A DNA stretch of 52,475 nucleotides from Bacilli bacterium. Lineage in GTDB: Bacteria > Bacillota_I > Bacilli_A > RF39 > UBA660. The position numbers were made by a program, and so were the translations under genes. The stretch is taken from assembly GCA_035392025.1 (NCBI GenBank), contig DAOPMC010000003.1, positions 1 through 52,475 of the forward strand. Direction: 5' to 3'. Shown piece by piece: positions 1-10,159 of the stretch (positions within the stretch are counted from its first letter, which is position 1; each line of letters starts with the position of its first letter). Below the pieces are notes generated by a model. That model ran no database searches. It saw only the letters and a list, made by a program, of their open reading frames with translations, and was not told the origin of the DNA.

Positions 1-33
1 TAACGCTTATATTTAAAAATTTTTGAGACATTT

Positions 34-621
34 TCAAAAGTTATTGACATCTTTTGAACCAAGTAATAATTTAATTGTACCTTTTTCATAATATCTAGTT
101 TTAGCCTCTGGAGATTGTTCTAATACTATGTCTCCTTTGCCTTCATAAATTATTTCAAAATTATATAAGTACTTTTTTGCTTCTTTTAAACTCATGCCTA
201 TAACATTTGGAACATCATAATATTTTTTATCAGTCCATTCATATTTTTTTTCTGTCCAACCATCCTGTTTTTCTATATCTAGTGCATCTATTATATCAAG
301 AAGTAATCTTCTCGCAACTGGAGTTGTTGTATAACTTGATAAAAGAGCTGTGTTATGTGGATTATCAATTGCAACATATAATACTGCTTCTGGATCGTTT
401 GAGGGCACTATCGCCATAAAACTCATTATATAATTACCAACTAAATATCTACCATTTTGGGCTTTTTGAGCAGTCCCAGTTTTACCTCCTATTCGATATC
501 CTTCAATATATGTTGCTCTGCCACCACCATTAGTAACAACACTCTCTAAGGCCATTTTCATTATTTCGCTAGTATTTTCACTAATAGTTTTTCTGACTAG
601 ATTAGTTTCATTTTTAAACAC
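34..621 (-). CDS. spoVD: 3' fragment of a split class B penicillin-binding protein (SpoVD-like): KTG box plus a single PASTA domain
   Basis: Contains GGKTGTAQ (KTG box) and one C-terminal PASTA-like domain. The frame stays open upstream of the GTG at 621 to a TAA at 724-726 (..LTPIQQVTAVSAIVNGGYLYTPYIV..). That sequence continues the GQGVSVTPI end of ORF 40329..41585. Confidence 0.8.
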   Translation of the reverse strand: MFKNETNLVRKTISENTSEIMKMALESVVTNGGGRATYIEGYRIGGKTGTAQKAQNGRYLVGNYIMSFMAIVPSNDPEAVLYVAIDNPHNTALLSSYTTTPVARRLLLDIIDALDIEKQDGWTEKKYEWTDKKYYDVPNVIGMSLKEAKKYLYNFEIIYEGKGDIVLEQSPEAKTRYYEKGTIKLLLGSKDVNNF

Positions 622-691
622 AACTTCATTACCATTTTTAATTTCTTTAACAATATATGGAGTATAAAGATATCCCCCATTTACAATTGCA

Positions 692-2419
692 CTAACTGCT
701 GTAACTTGTTGTATGGGAGTCAGTTAAATGAAAGTCAGAGCCTTTAAAATTGCTTGTTCCATACAAAGTTTCTCCTGTTTTAAACAAGATTTCCAATCTT
801 GTTTTATTATTGTATTTTTCGCTTTCACCCTCATCTAACGGGACAGGATAGACCGCAATCTTTTCAACTAAACTATTGAAAAGTTCATTGAAACAAACAT
901 TATCATCTTTTGCTTTACCTAATTGTTCCTTCAAATAATTAATTCTTTCATCAATAGATTTTTCATTATCTTTCTTTACTTTCAGAATGGTAATTTGACT
1001 ATCAAAATATTTTAACTCTCCATTTAGTTCCTCATTCTTTTTGGAAAAATCAGAATTTGATATATTTCCTTCCATTACAAGTTCTAATAATTTATCTTTC
1101 TTCTCGTTAATAACCTTGCATTTCTTTTCTAAATTTAATATCTCATCATCAACATTTACTGTATTTAGATACTCCTCATATTCTTTTAGTAAACCATTAA
1201 TTACTACTGATTTATCTGATAAAATTCTTTTAAACAATTCATTAAATACCTTATCTAATTCATATTCAAATAGTTTTGAATTATTACAAGCTCTCTTTCC
1301 GCCTTTTCTATAAACTTTGCACTCCCATGCAGGATTATCTTTTCTACTCCCTGCACTACTTCTATGGTATGTAGTCCCATGTATTCCACAGAATATTTTT
1401 CCACTGTATGTGTATCTATTTTGAAATATTGTTGTATCTTCTGTACGATCCTTGAAACCTTTTTTTACTTTTTCTAATTTTCTATTAGCTTTTTCCCATA
1501 TTTCTTCTGTTATTATCGCTGGTACATTTTCTTCATCTTTATACATCTTCCAATTTTCCTCCTCTAACCTTTTCTTCAACTTAGTTCTATAATCAATAAT
1601 TTGTGATTTATTACCACAATAATATCCTTTATACTTTGGATTCATTATAATTCTTTGAATTATTGTTATATCTATTGGATTTCCTCTTGTATTTTTATAT
1701 CCTCTTTTTGCCATTAGTCTTGCTAATGATGACAAAGATATAGAAGTATTAGCATAATTATCATATATAAATTTAACCATTTCAGCCTGTTTCTCATCAA
1801 CAACTAATTTCCCGTTATCTTTTACATACCCATATATATTGGAACATCCTAACACTACACCTTTATCTATTGATCTTTTCATACCAAAATGTACTCTTTC
1901 TGATAATTTTCGCACCTCATCTTGAGCTACACTTGCCATAATGGTCAAACGTAGTTCACTATCTGGGAAAATTGTGTTAATATTATCATTTAAAAAATAA
2001 ACCCCCACACCACTTTGAAGTAATTCTTGTGTGTACTTAATGCTATCTAAAGTATTTCTTGAAAATCTCGATATTTCTTTTGTTAATATTAAATCAAATT
2101 TACTCTGTCTAGCATCATTAATCATTTTAAGAAAATCTTCTCTTTTATTAACAGATGTACCACTTATTCCTTCATCAATATATCCGTTAATAAATTCCCA
2201 ATTTGAAACTTTCTCAATATATTCTTTAAAATAAGAGATTTGTGCAGCTAAAGAGTGTAATTGCTCGTCTTTATCTGTTGAAACTCTAGCATAAAAAGTT
2301 ACTTTTAATTTCAAATCTTGAATTGGTACTCCTGCTATTATTTTATTTCTTACAGTATATAAATCCAAACAATCACCCCCTTGCTTTGCTATATTTGTGA
2401 ATATCATACTGCTATTCAA
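692..2419 (-). CDS. large serine recombinase (integrase of the ICE)
   Basis: N-terminal resolvase catalytic domain (FYARVSTDKDEQ..SL..Q), recombinase domain, Cys-rich zinc-ribbon region (CGIHG..C..C) and a long coiled-coil tail. A better-supported start may be the TTG at 2368, preceded by AAGGGGGTGA. The stop at 692-694 lies in host-derived DNA. Confidence 0.9.
   Translation of the reverse strand: MNSSMIFTNIAKQGGDCLDLYTVRNKIIAGVPIQDLKLKVTFYARVSTDKDEQLHSLAAQISYFKEYIEKVSNWEFINGYIDEGISGTSVNKREDFLKMINDARQSKFDLILTKEISRFSRNTLDSIKYTQELLQSGVGVYFLNDNINTIFPDSELRLTIMASVAQDEVRKLSERVHFGMKRSIDKGVVLGCSNIYGYVKDNGKLVVDEKQAEMVKFIYDNYANTSISLSSLARLMAKRGYKNTRGNPIDITIIQRIIMNPKYKGYYCGNKSQIIDYRTKLKKRLEEENWKMYKDEENVPAIITEEIWEKANRKLEKVKKGFKDRTEDTTIFQNRYTYSGKIFCGIHGTTYHRSSAGSRKDNPAWECKVYRKGGKRACNNSKLFEYELDKVFNELFKRILSDKSVVINGLLKEYEEYLNTVNVDDEILNLEKKCKVINEKKDKLLELVMEGNISNSDFSKKNEELNGELKYFDSQITILKVKKDNEKSIDERINYLKEQLGKAKDDNVCFNELFNSLVEKIAVYPVPLDEGESEKYNNKTRLEILFKTGETLYGTSNFKGSDFHLTDSHTTSYSS
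700..726. other. attL: left host/ICE junction
   Basis: The minus-strand PBP frame ends at the stop at 724-726. 709-720 (ttgttgtatggg, followed by agt) aligns codon for codon with 40341-40352 at the other end, and both encode T-P-I. The crossover must lie inside this stretch; the exact dinucleotide is not resolvable by eye. Confidence 0.6.
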
Positions 2420-2444
2420 GCAATATCTTCAAAGCTCTTAAAAT

Positions 2445-2458
2445 GGCTAAAAATAGCC
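2445..2458 (-). other. small hairpin (GGCTA-tttt-TAGCC) between the repeated promoter-like element and the recombinase start
   Basis: 5-bp stem read directly, followed on the minus strand by ATTTT. Possible weak attenuator. Confidence 0.3.
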
Positions 2459-2477
2459 TTTAATCGCATCTTCTAAT

Positions 2478-2537
2478 CAATATATTAATCACTTAAAAAA
2501 CGTAATTTTGCAATACCTTTTTTTGAATTTTTTTAAC
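2478..2537 (-). promoter_or_regulatory. copy 1 of a ~60-bp repeated intergenic element (promoter-like: TTGCAA ... TAATAT on the minus strand)
   Basis: caatatattaatcacttaaaaaa..ttttgcaataccttttttt..aattttttt recurs at 3555..3612 with about 5 mismatches. This copy lies upstream of the recombinase gene. Confidence 0.5.
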
Positions 2538-2751
2538 TTTTTAATTTTTCTCTTAATAAAGGAACAACAAAAATAAAATCTTTTGTCTTTTTTTCTTTTC
2601 GATCTTTTTCTAAACTTAATTGTTTATTTAGTTTATTTGCAACATAGTTATACATATTTTCATTAATGATTGATTTTTCATATAAATTCTTATTTAATAT
2701 GATTTGCATTTCAATTTCAATTTCCTTTTTTGTCTTTTTTTCTAAATTCAT
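2533..2751 (-). CDS. hypothetical small basic protein
   Basis: 72-aa Lys-rich ORF. No recognisable motif. Confidence 0.4.
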   Translation of the reverse strand: MNLEKKTKKEIEIEMQIILNKNLYEKSIINENMYNYVANKLNKQLSLEKDRKEKKTKDFIFVVPLLREKLKS

Positions 2752-2789
2752 TCTATAACATCACCTCTCTTTAAAAATTATTATTATAT

Positions 2790-2818
2790 GAAAAAAAAAG
2801 AACTCAAAAATCAGAGTT
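2790..2818 (-). terminator. Rho-independent terminator after ORF 2867..3415
   Basis: Minus strand reads GAACTC-tgattttt-GAGTTC followed by T9. Confidence 0.7.
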
Positions 2819-2866
2819 CGACAAAATTAATAGTATAATTTTTTATATTTTAAGCATAATAGTTAT

Positions 2867-3415
2867 TTAATCTTTTAAATCATATGGGAAAGATTCTTGC
2901 TCATCATAAGGAAATATTTCTTTCTTATAGTCTAGTATCTTCTTTGCTATATCAAAACAAATTTTACTATCCATAATTTCATTTCCTACACCCTTAATCT
3001 TAAAATTACCTAATGATAGTATTATTTCTACAACTATATCTATCTTATCTTTAAATGATAGTTTTTCAAACTTTTTAAGCACTTGTAATTCTTCACGATC
3101 ATGTACTAATTGCATATCAAAACTTTCACTTACTATTTCAGATGCTTTGATGCTGTACTTTTCTACCAAAGATGAATATATCTCACCAACTAAACTAATT
3201 CCAAAAACATTTTCTAGTTCAACAGAACTAGGATTAAATATGATAATTTCTTCATCATTAATCAAATCTGGATTTGCCTCATTTTTATCATTTATTTGGT
3301 TATTACTCCATTGTTCTAAAATTGGTATAAAAATTTGTAATTTTTGATAATCTTTTAAACTATCAACGCATTCCATAATTGTCTTTACTTCTTTACTCGA
3401 ATTAATTATAAACAT
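2867..3415 (-). CDS. hypothetical acidic protein
   Basis: 182-aa ORF with an AGGAGG-type RBS (aaggaggaagag before the ATG). No motif recognised. Confidence 0.6.
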   Translation of the reverse strand: MFIINSSKEVKTIMECVDSLKDYQKLQIFIPILEQWSNNQINDKNEANPDLINDEEIIIFNPSSVELENVFGISLVGEIYSSLVEKYSIKASEIVSESFDMQLVHDREELQVLKKFEKLSFKDKIDIVVEIILSLGNFKIKGVGNEIMDSKICFDIAKKILDYKKEIFPYDEQESFPYDLKD

Positions 3416-3554
3416 CTCTTCCTCCTTATATATTAACTATTACCGTTTATTTAGGCTTTCTAGAACCATTTACTTTTTCAACACATATCACATAAAGCAA
3501 TACCATTACAACCCAATATGCTACTAAAGAACAGACCAGAAAGCCTCTCTAAAC

Positions 3555-3612
3555 CAATATATTAATCACTTAAAAAAATAAATTTTGCAATACCTTTTTT
3601 TAATTTTTTTAA
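3555..3612 (-). promoter_or_regulatory. copy 2 of the ~60-bp repeated intergenic element
   Basis: Near-identical to 2478..2537. It lies just 3' of the 2182-aa gene and about 140 nt upstream of ORF 2867..3415. Confidence 0.5.
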
Positions 3613-6600
3613 TATTCCATTTCTTTTTCTACAATTTCAACATCACCATCATCGATATCCTCTAATTCTTCATCGACATCATTTTTATCTAAATCGAGTT
3701 GACTATCTATATTGACTTTTTGTCTTTGTAACTCTTTTATACGTTCAGTATGTTGAAATGGTCTTGATAATGTTTCTTCAACATCATTTATTTGTTTTTC
3801 TGTATAAATAATTTCTTCCTTAACATTACCTATTCTCTTTTCAAAACTTTTTAAAACATTTTCTAATTTGATTATATTACCAATTTCATTTTGATTATTT
3901 ATTTCTACTTTATAAGTGCCATACCCTCTCAAATATATAATTGGCATATATCGTAGTTCATCTTTAAGACCAATTATGTCAAAACCAGATACTTCACCCA
4001 ATTTTGTTTCTTCACCAATCTTTAAATTTGAGAAATTAAGATACAATCTCTCACTAGCTTCAGATCTAGAATTATATTCCTTATTATTCAGAATAATTCT
4101 AAAGTTATCAGCACTTAAATCTTCGACTTTCAAAATATCCTTTTCAAGATTTAACAACATTTCCTTCTTATAATTCAACTCTCTTGGTAATGAACCTTGT
4201 AGTTTATTAGTCAATTCATATTTTGACTTATCATATTGAGATTTTGATAAATATAATTGCTTCAATTCATTCTCAATTTTAAATTTATCTAATACTAATT
4301 TATTACCACTTGCAATTGCCTTTACTTCAGCATAAGAGAGTGTACTTCTATCAATATCTTCAGCAGTTCTTTCTCCTGCAATATTATCTCCCATAATTTG
4401 ATTTATAAAACCTGCTTTTGTTTCTATAAGTTGATAGGAATAAGCATCAAAACTTCCTTCAGTAATATATCTAAATATTTGTACCTCTTCATTTGTGTTA
4501 CCTTGTCTTAACATTCTTCCTTCTCTTTGCTCTAAATCTGATGGTCGCCACGGGCAATCAAGATGATGAAGGGCAATAAGTTTATCTTGAACATTCATAC
4601 CTGCACCCATCTTTTGCGTACTTCCTAGTAATACTCTAACATTACCATTTCTTACTTTCTCATATAATTTACTTTTTTGAACATCTGATTTTGCATTATG
4701 AATGAATTCTATTTCATTTTCTGGAATACCTTTTCGTATTAATTTTTCCCTAATATCATTATACACACTAAAAGAAACTTCTTTTGGAGTAGATAAATCA
4801 CAAAACGCTAATTGAGTAGATTTGTTTTCGTTTGTTTCTAACCATGTCTTATAAATATTTCCCACTGCCATATTAACTTTCGAGTATTCTATGTCAGGCA
4901 TTGTAGGATCAATTAATCTTAAATCAAGTGCCGCCTTTCTTCCATCATTTGTTACTTTAAGCATATTATCTTCAGTAGGATGAATCTGTCTATTTTTAAT
5001 TAGTGAACTTCTTTCTACTAAACTATTTATATATTCACTTAATTCGTTAGACTTTGGTGCTAAAATATTTTCATATTTATTATCTTTTAATTTTGGAATT
5101 GGTAGATTTAACATACTAGAAGTTTTTACATCTGCGATTTCCTTAAACAAAATTAGTAACTCTGGGATATTATAAAATTTTGCAAATCTAACCTTTGACC
5201 TAAAGCCACTTCCATCTGGTGCTAATTCAAAACTATTTACTGTTTCGCCAAAAGTTGAAGCCCAATCATCAAAGTGCTCTAACCCCATCTCACGAAGTCT
5301 ATTCATCTGCAAATATTTTTGCATTGTATATAATTCTCCCATTGTATTGGAAACAGGTGTACCAGTGGCAAAGATTATACCTCGACCATTATTTTGTTCA
5401 TTTATATAACTAGTTTTCATATATAAATCACTAGCTTTTAAACTATCAGTATTATTTATACCTGCAACATTTCTTATTTTTGAAAACAATGCAAGATTTT
5501 TAAATTCGTGAGCTTCATCAACAAATAATGAATCAACTCCTAGTTCTTCAAAAGTTACAACATCATCTTTTCTGCTATCATCTAGTAATTTCTTTAATTT
5601 ATTTTCAAGTGTTTTTTTAGTTAGTTCTAATTTCTTAACACTTAAACCGCTACCATTCTCTAATGATATTCTTTCAATAGCATTAACTACATCGTTAATT
5701 TGTATTTGGATATGCTTTTCTTCATATTGTTTAGACATTGGTATTTTCCCAAAAGAACTATGAGCAATTATTACTGCATCATAATCACCTGTTGCTATTT
5801 TGCCCATTAATTTCTTACGATTATTCTTTTCAAAATCCCTCTTACTAGCAACTAATATATTAGCAGTAGGATATAATTGAAGAAATGAATTTGCCCAATC
5901 AACTAGCAAATGATTTGGAACAACAAACATTGGTTTACTTACTATTCCTAATCTTTTAAGTTCCATCGCAGATGCTATCATTTCATAAGTTTTACCTGCA
6001 CCAACTGCATGAGCTAGTAAAGTATTACCCCCATATATTACTCTAGCTACCGCATTTCTTTGATGTTCTCTCAAATTAATATTAGGATTCATACCATCAA
6101 ATTTTAAATGTGAGCCATCAAACTCTCGTAATCTTAAGCAGTTAAACTTATCGTTATATAATTTAGTTATTCTTTCTCTTCTTTCTTCATCTCTAAATAA
6201 CCAATCCTTAAATTCTTGTTTTATAAGTTCTTGTTTTTCTCTAGCAATAGCAGTTTCATAAGGATTTACTTTTTTTCTACTCTCATCTATTTCATCGTAG
6301 ATAGTAATGCTTTGAAGATTTAAAGAATTCTTAATCAAAGTTAAAGCATCCGCTCTTTCAGTTCCCCAAGTATTTGTATTCTTTACACCCCAACCATATA
6401 AACCACTTGCTTGAAATAACCAATTATTTATCTCTGGAACATATTTAATTTTTAAAGAACTATAATAATAAGGTTTAATATCTAACAATTCACAAGTAAA
6501 TTGATGATAAATATCTTCTGGTATCCAAGTAGCACCTAATCTTACACTTATCTCATCAAAAGACAGTGGTATTGGTTGTATCTTTTCTAATGCTTCTATA

Positions 6601-9600
6601 TTTTTATCAAATATTTTATTGTTTATATCATTTCCTATTATTGCTTTATTTAATTTTTCTTTAACATTCCCGCTTAAATATTCACTTGCAATAGTCCAAC
6701 CTTTATTAAATTGATTAATTTTGTCTGGGTCTTGATAAATTATTCCGTCTAATTCATTAATTATTTCTTCTTCTTTTTTATCATATACAGACTTCATATA
6801 CTCAAAATCAACACAACCTCTTTCATTCAAAGAGAGCATTAATGCCTCATCTGCCGTATCAACTCGACTAACGCTTTTACTTTTTCTAATTGTTCTTTTA
6901 GAGAATATATCACCCTTCACATAGACAGGTTTTTCATTATCATCATTTAATACCTTATTTTCTATTGAACATAATAAATAGCAATCAGGATCATCATCAA
7001 ATACTCTGACATTAGCACTATCATTAATAAAACCATATTTATTAACAAATTTATCATATTCATGTGATAATCTTTCTTGTGCTTTAATCAGTTCATCATC
7101 TGTTCCATCATTTAATTGAATATTAAAAACTTCTCTTAATTTATCTTTTAGATTACATAAACCACATATTCTCTTATGAATAGTTCCTTCTTGAATTTTA
7201 TATGGAACTAATAATGAATCATTTCTTTGATACAAAACTTCTTGATTATTAATTTTTTGTATTAAAAAAGCACCATTTTTAATAGTGCTATCAGCTTCCA
7301 TAATTGGATATTTACTTTCTTTTAATTCTTCACTCAATTCTATATTTTCATATATATTATGCGGCATATATTTAACCGCATCATTAATTAGTTCTTTCAA
7401 TGTTTTGTCATTGTATGGCTCTAATGTATTGGCCATACCAAATTGAGATGATCGTTGTGTCATCTTACCCAACATCATTTCAGGATGGTTAATAAAATAA
7501 TTATTGATTTCTATATTATCATTATACCTACCCGTTTTTAACCACTCTTCATTTTCTATATCAAAAGTAACTTCATCTCTCTTTTTCAAAAAAATAATAT
7601 CAGTAGTTGTAGAAGTATTAGCCATACTTTTAAACGTGTTATTAGGCAACCTTATTGCACCAAGAAACTCTGCTCTTTGAGCAATATATTCTCTAACCTT
7701 TGAGTCTTTTTTATCTAAAGTTCCATCAGTAGTTATAAAAGCTATTAATCCACCACTTCTAACCTTATCTAAAGTCTTTTGAAAAAAGTAATCATGGATT
7801 ACAAATTTATCTTTATATCTTTTATCATTAATCTGATAATTTCCAAAAGGAACATTACCGATTGCAATATCAAATAAATTATCTTGTACTGATGATTTCT
7901 CATAAGCATTTATTTCTATTTTAGCACTAGGGTATAGTTTCTTCGCTATTCTTCCAGAAATGCTATCAAGTTCTACTCCATATAGTTTACTATTTTCTAG
8001 CTCTTTTGGTAATCTACCAAAGAAATTGCCAATACCACAAGATGGCTCTAATATATTACCTTTTTTAAACCCCATATCTTGAATAGCGTTATATATTCCA
8101 TCAATAACCTCTGGTGGAGTATAAAAAGAAGTCAAAGTAGATTCCCTTGCTTGTTCATATTCTTTTTCACTCAATAGATTCTTTAATTCGTTATATTCAT
8201 TATTCCAATTTTCCTTACGATTATCAAATGCCTCTGGTATTCCTCCCCAACCAACATATTTTGACAACTTTTGTTGTTCGTCAAAAGTGGCATTTCTATT
8301 TTCTTTCTCAATATCTTTTAATAAATTTATGGCATCAGTATTATCGTTGTACCTCGATTTCGTTCCACCATCTAAATAATATTCATCATCTTCTATTTTA
8401 TAATTAATCGGAGGATTAACATTATTTAAAGATTTACCTTCAATATTTACATTTTTATAACTGTTATCTTCTAATAATTCTTCTCTTGCTTTTGTAATTG
8501 AATTACATTTCCATAGCCTAATAATTTGATGATGATTTTTTTCTAAATCTTCTATCATAGTTTTATATGGACAATTATCATAATATATAAAATGATTGTT
8601 CTCATATTCTACATAATAAAGTGATTTATCTGTATCATTTATATCTTGAGATGATGCTTTTTTAAAATTTTTCATATTAAAATCTTCTAATAACTTATTT
8701 GTTTCACTTATTAGCTCTCTCTGAAAATGCTCGTGGTCATTATCATCATATCCCATTTCATCTGCTATTGTATTTATTAAATCAACAACTCTACTATCAT
8801 CTGAACTTAATTCTTCTAATTTATCATAAGCTGTTTCCAAGTCAGTCACTTCGCTATCATACTCATCATCATTATCATTAAATTCTTGATAATCTAAAGA
8901 GTTATCAATTTTTTCTTTTTCAAGAGCTTCCATTTCCTTTTTTTCTTCATCAGTAAGATAAGTATTAAAAAATAACAACTGTCTTATCCTATCAGAAACT
9001 TCCCCCCACTTAACCAATATATCTTTATAACCTTTAACATTTATGGTTAAACCTTTAGAGTCAGAATCCCATCCATAAGTCTTGTCATTGAATTTTGAAC
9101 CATAACTTCCACCTATACCATATTCTTTTTTTACTAATTTTGCTTTTTCACTACTACTTTCATTACCTGATACTATTAATGCTAATCTTGCCTTACCACC
9201 TTGAAATCCACTTCCTTCTGATATTACATGATCTATAAATTCAGACTTTTCTTCATTTGGTAATGTTAGCGAATCATCATAATCATATATATCATCATAA
9301 TATTCTTCTGTTTCTTCAGTAAACTTTTCTACATCCTTATCAATCTCTTCAAAATTATCTTCAACATCATTGTCAAAATAACTCTCACTGTAAACCTGTA
9401 TAGCATCTTCTACACTATCAACAACAACTCCGTTTTTAATATAAATATTATTAATAAACTTGGTCTTTTCATTTTCATCATTAATCAAACTTGCTTTTTC
9501 AAAATCCTTTATGATTTCACTAAATTCTTTTATTCCTTTATATGCTTCTTCATTAACAATCTTAAGGCACTTATTTATATCAATTTCATCCTTTAAGTTA

Positions 9601-10157
9601 AAATCAAAAAGATATTGATTTTCTAATATATTAAATCCACACTTTGACATAATTAAGTTTGCAGCTGTCGATGATATAAATTTTCTTTCAGATTCTTCCA
9701 AATTATCTTTTATATCAACTTTGCTTCCAATATATGTCTTAATAGATAAATATAATTCATCTTTCAAATTATCAATATCTTTAAATTTTGCTCTATTAAT
9801 TTTTGTATACAAGTCTAGTATTTTGTCATCAAATTTATGATTATTTTGCCACAAAAAAACATCTTTTCCATAAGTGTTAGAAATATCAAATACAAAAGTT
9901 TTTGTATTGTTTACTAAAATTGGAATCCCTTTACTACCACTTTTAATTCTACGTTCTATATTGTTCCATTGATCAAAAGTGGCAAATAACAAACCATCTT
10001 TATTATAACTATACAAGTTTAAAATATTATCAATACCATAATTACAATGTTTGGACCAGAACAATAAAAATTCAAACCATTTATTTTTAGATTCAATTGC
10101 ATCTTCTAAAGTAAAATTTCTAACATCATTATAATCCCTTAAAAATTTTTCATTCAA
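3609..10157 (-). CDS. 2182-aa polyvalent protein: N-terminal ArdC-like region, N6-adenine DNA methyltransferase domain and SNF2/DEAD-like helicase (phage P1 DarB-like)
   Basis: Methylase motif I (ILEPSCGIGNFFG) and motif IV (GNVPFG). Helicase motif I (LLAHAVGAGKT), motif II (VDEAHEFKN) and C-terminal helicase motifs (LLGSTQKMGAGMNVQ .. QREGRMLRQGN). Confidence 0.85.
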   Translation of the reverse strand: MNEKFLRDYNDVRNFTLEDAIESKNKWFEFLLFWSKHCNYGIDNILNLYSYNKDGLLFATFDQWNNIERRIKSGSKGIPILVNNTKTFVFDISNTYGKDVFLWQNNHKFDDKILDLYTKINRAKFKDIDNLKDELYLSIKTYIGSKVDIKDNLEESERKFISSTAANLIMSKCGFNILENQYLFDFNLKDEIDINKCLKIVNEEAYKGIKEFSEIIKDFEKASLINDENEKTKFINNIYIKNGVVVDSVEDAIQVYSESYFDNDVEDNFEEIDKDVEKFTEETEEYYDDIYDYDDSLTLPNEEKSEFIDHVISEGSGFQGGKARLALIVSGNESSSEKAKLVKKEYGIGGSYGSKFNDKTYGWDSDSKGLTINVKGYKDILVKWGEVSDRIRQLLFFNTYLTDEEKKEMEALEKEKIDNSLDYQEFNDNDDEYDSEVTDLETAYDKLEELSSDDSRVVDLINTIADEMGYDDNDHEHFQRELISETNKLLEDFNMKNFKKASSQDINDTDKSLYYVEYENNHFIYYDNCPYKTMIEDLEKNHHQIIRLWKCNSITKAREELLEDNSYKNVNIEGKSLNNVNPPINYKIEDDEYYLDGGTKSRYNDNTDAINLLKDIEKENRNATFDEQQKLSKYVGWGGIPEAFDNRKENWNNEYNELKNLLSEKEYEQARESTLTSFYTPPEVIDGIYNAIQDMGFKKGNILEPSCGIGNFFGRLPKELENSKLYGVELDSISGRIAKKLYPSAKIEINAYEKSSVQDNLFDIAIGNVPFGNYQINDKRYKDKFVIHDYFFQKTLDKVRSGGLIAFITTDGTLDKKDSKVREYIAQRAEFLGAIRLPNNTFKSMANTSTTTDIIFLKKRDEVTFDIENEEWLKTGRYNDNIEINNYFINHPEMMLGKMTQRSSQFGMANTLEPYNDKTLKELINDAVKYMPHNIYENIELSEELKESKYPIMEADSTIKNGAFLIQKINNQEVLYQRNDSLLVPYKIQEGTIHKRICGLCNLKDKLREVFNIQLNDGTDDELIKAQERLSHEYDKFVNKYGFINDSANVRVFDDDPDCYLLCSIENKVLNDDNEKPVYVKGDIFSKRTIRKSKSVSRVDTADEALMLSLNERGCVDFEYMKSVYDKKEEEIINELDGIIYQDPDKINQFNKGWTIASEYLSGNVKEKLNKAIIGNDINNKIFDKNIEALEKIQPIPLSFDEISVRLGATWIPEDIYHQFTCELLDIKPYYYSSLKIKYVPEINNWLFQASGLYGWGVKNTNTWGTERADALTLIKNSLNLQSITIYDEIDESRKKVNPYETAIAREKQELIKQEFKDWLFRDEERRERITKLYNDKFNCLRLREFDGSHLKFDGMNPNINLREHQRNAVARVIYGGNTLLAHAVGAGKTYEMIASAMELKRLGIVSKPMFVVPNHLLVDWANSFLQLYPTANILVASKRDFEKNNRKKLMGKIATGDYDAVIIAHSSFGKIPMSKQYEEKHIQIQINDVVNAIERISLENGSGLSVKKLELTKKTLENKLKKLLDDSRKDDVVTFEELGVDSLFVDEAHEFKNLALFSKIRNVAGINNTDSLKASDLYMKTSYINEQNNGRGIIFATGTPVSNTMGELYTMQKYLQMNRLREMGLEHFDDWASTFGETVNSFELAPDGSGFRSKVRFAKFYNIPELLILFKEIADVKTSSMLNLPIPKLKDNKYENILAPKSNELSEYINSLVERSSLIKNRQIHPTEDNMLKVTNDGRKAALDLRLIDPTMPDIEYSKVNMAVGNIYKTWLETNENKSTQLAFCDLSTPKEVSFSVYNDIREKLIRKGIPENEIEFIHNAKSDVQKSKLYEKVRNGNVRVLLGSTQKMGAGMNVQDKLIALHHLDCPWRPSDLEQREGRMLRQGNTNEEVQIFRYITEGSFDAYSYQLIETKAGFINQIMGDNIAGERTAEDIDRSTLSYAEVKAIASGNKLVLDKFKIENELKQLYLSKSQYDKSKYELTNKLQGSLPRELNYKKEMLLNLEKDILKVEDLSADNFRIILNNKEYNSRSEASERLYLNFSNLKIGEETKLGEVSGFDIIGLKDELRYMPIIYLRGYGTYKVEINNQNEIGNIIKLENVLKSFEKRIGNVKEEIIYTEKQINDVEETLSRPFQHTERIKELQRQKVNIDSQLDLDKNDVDEELEDIDDGDVEIVEKEMEY

Positions 10158-10159
10158 TA

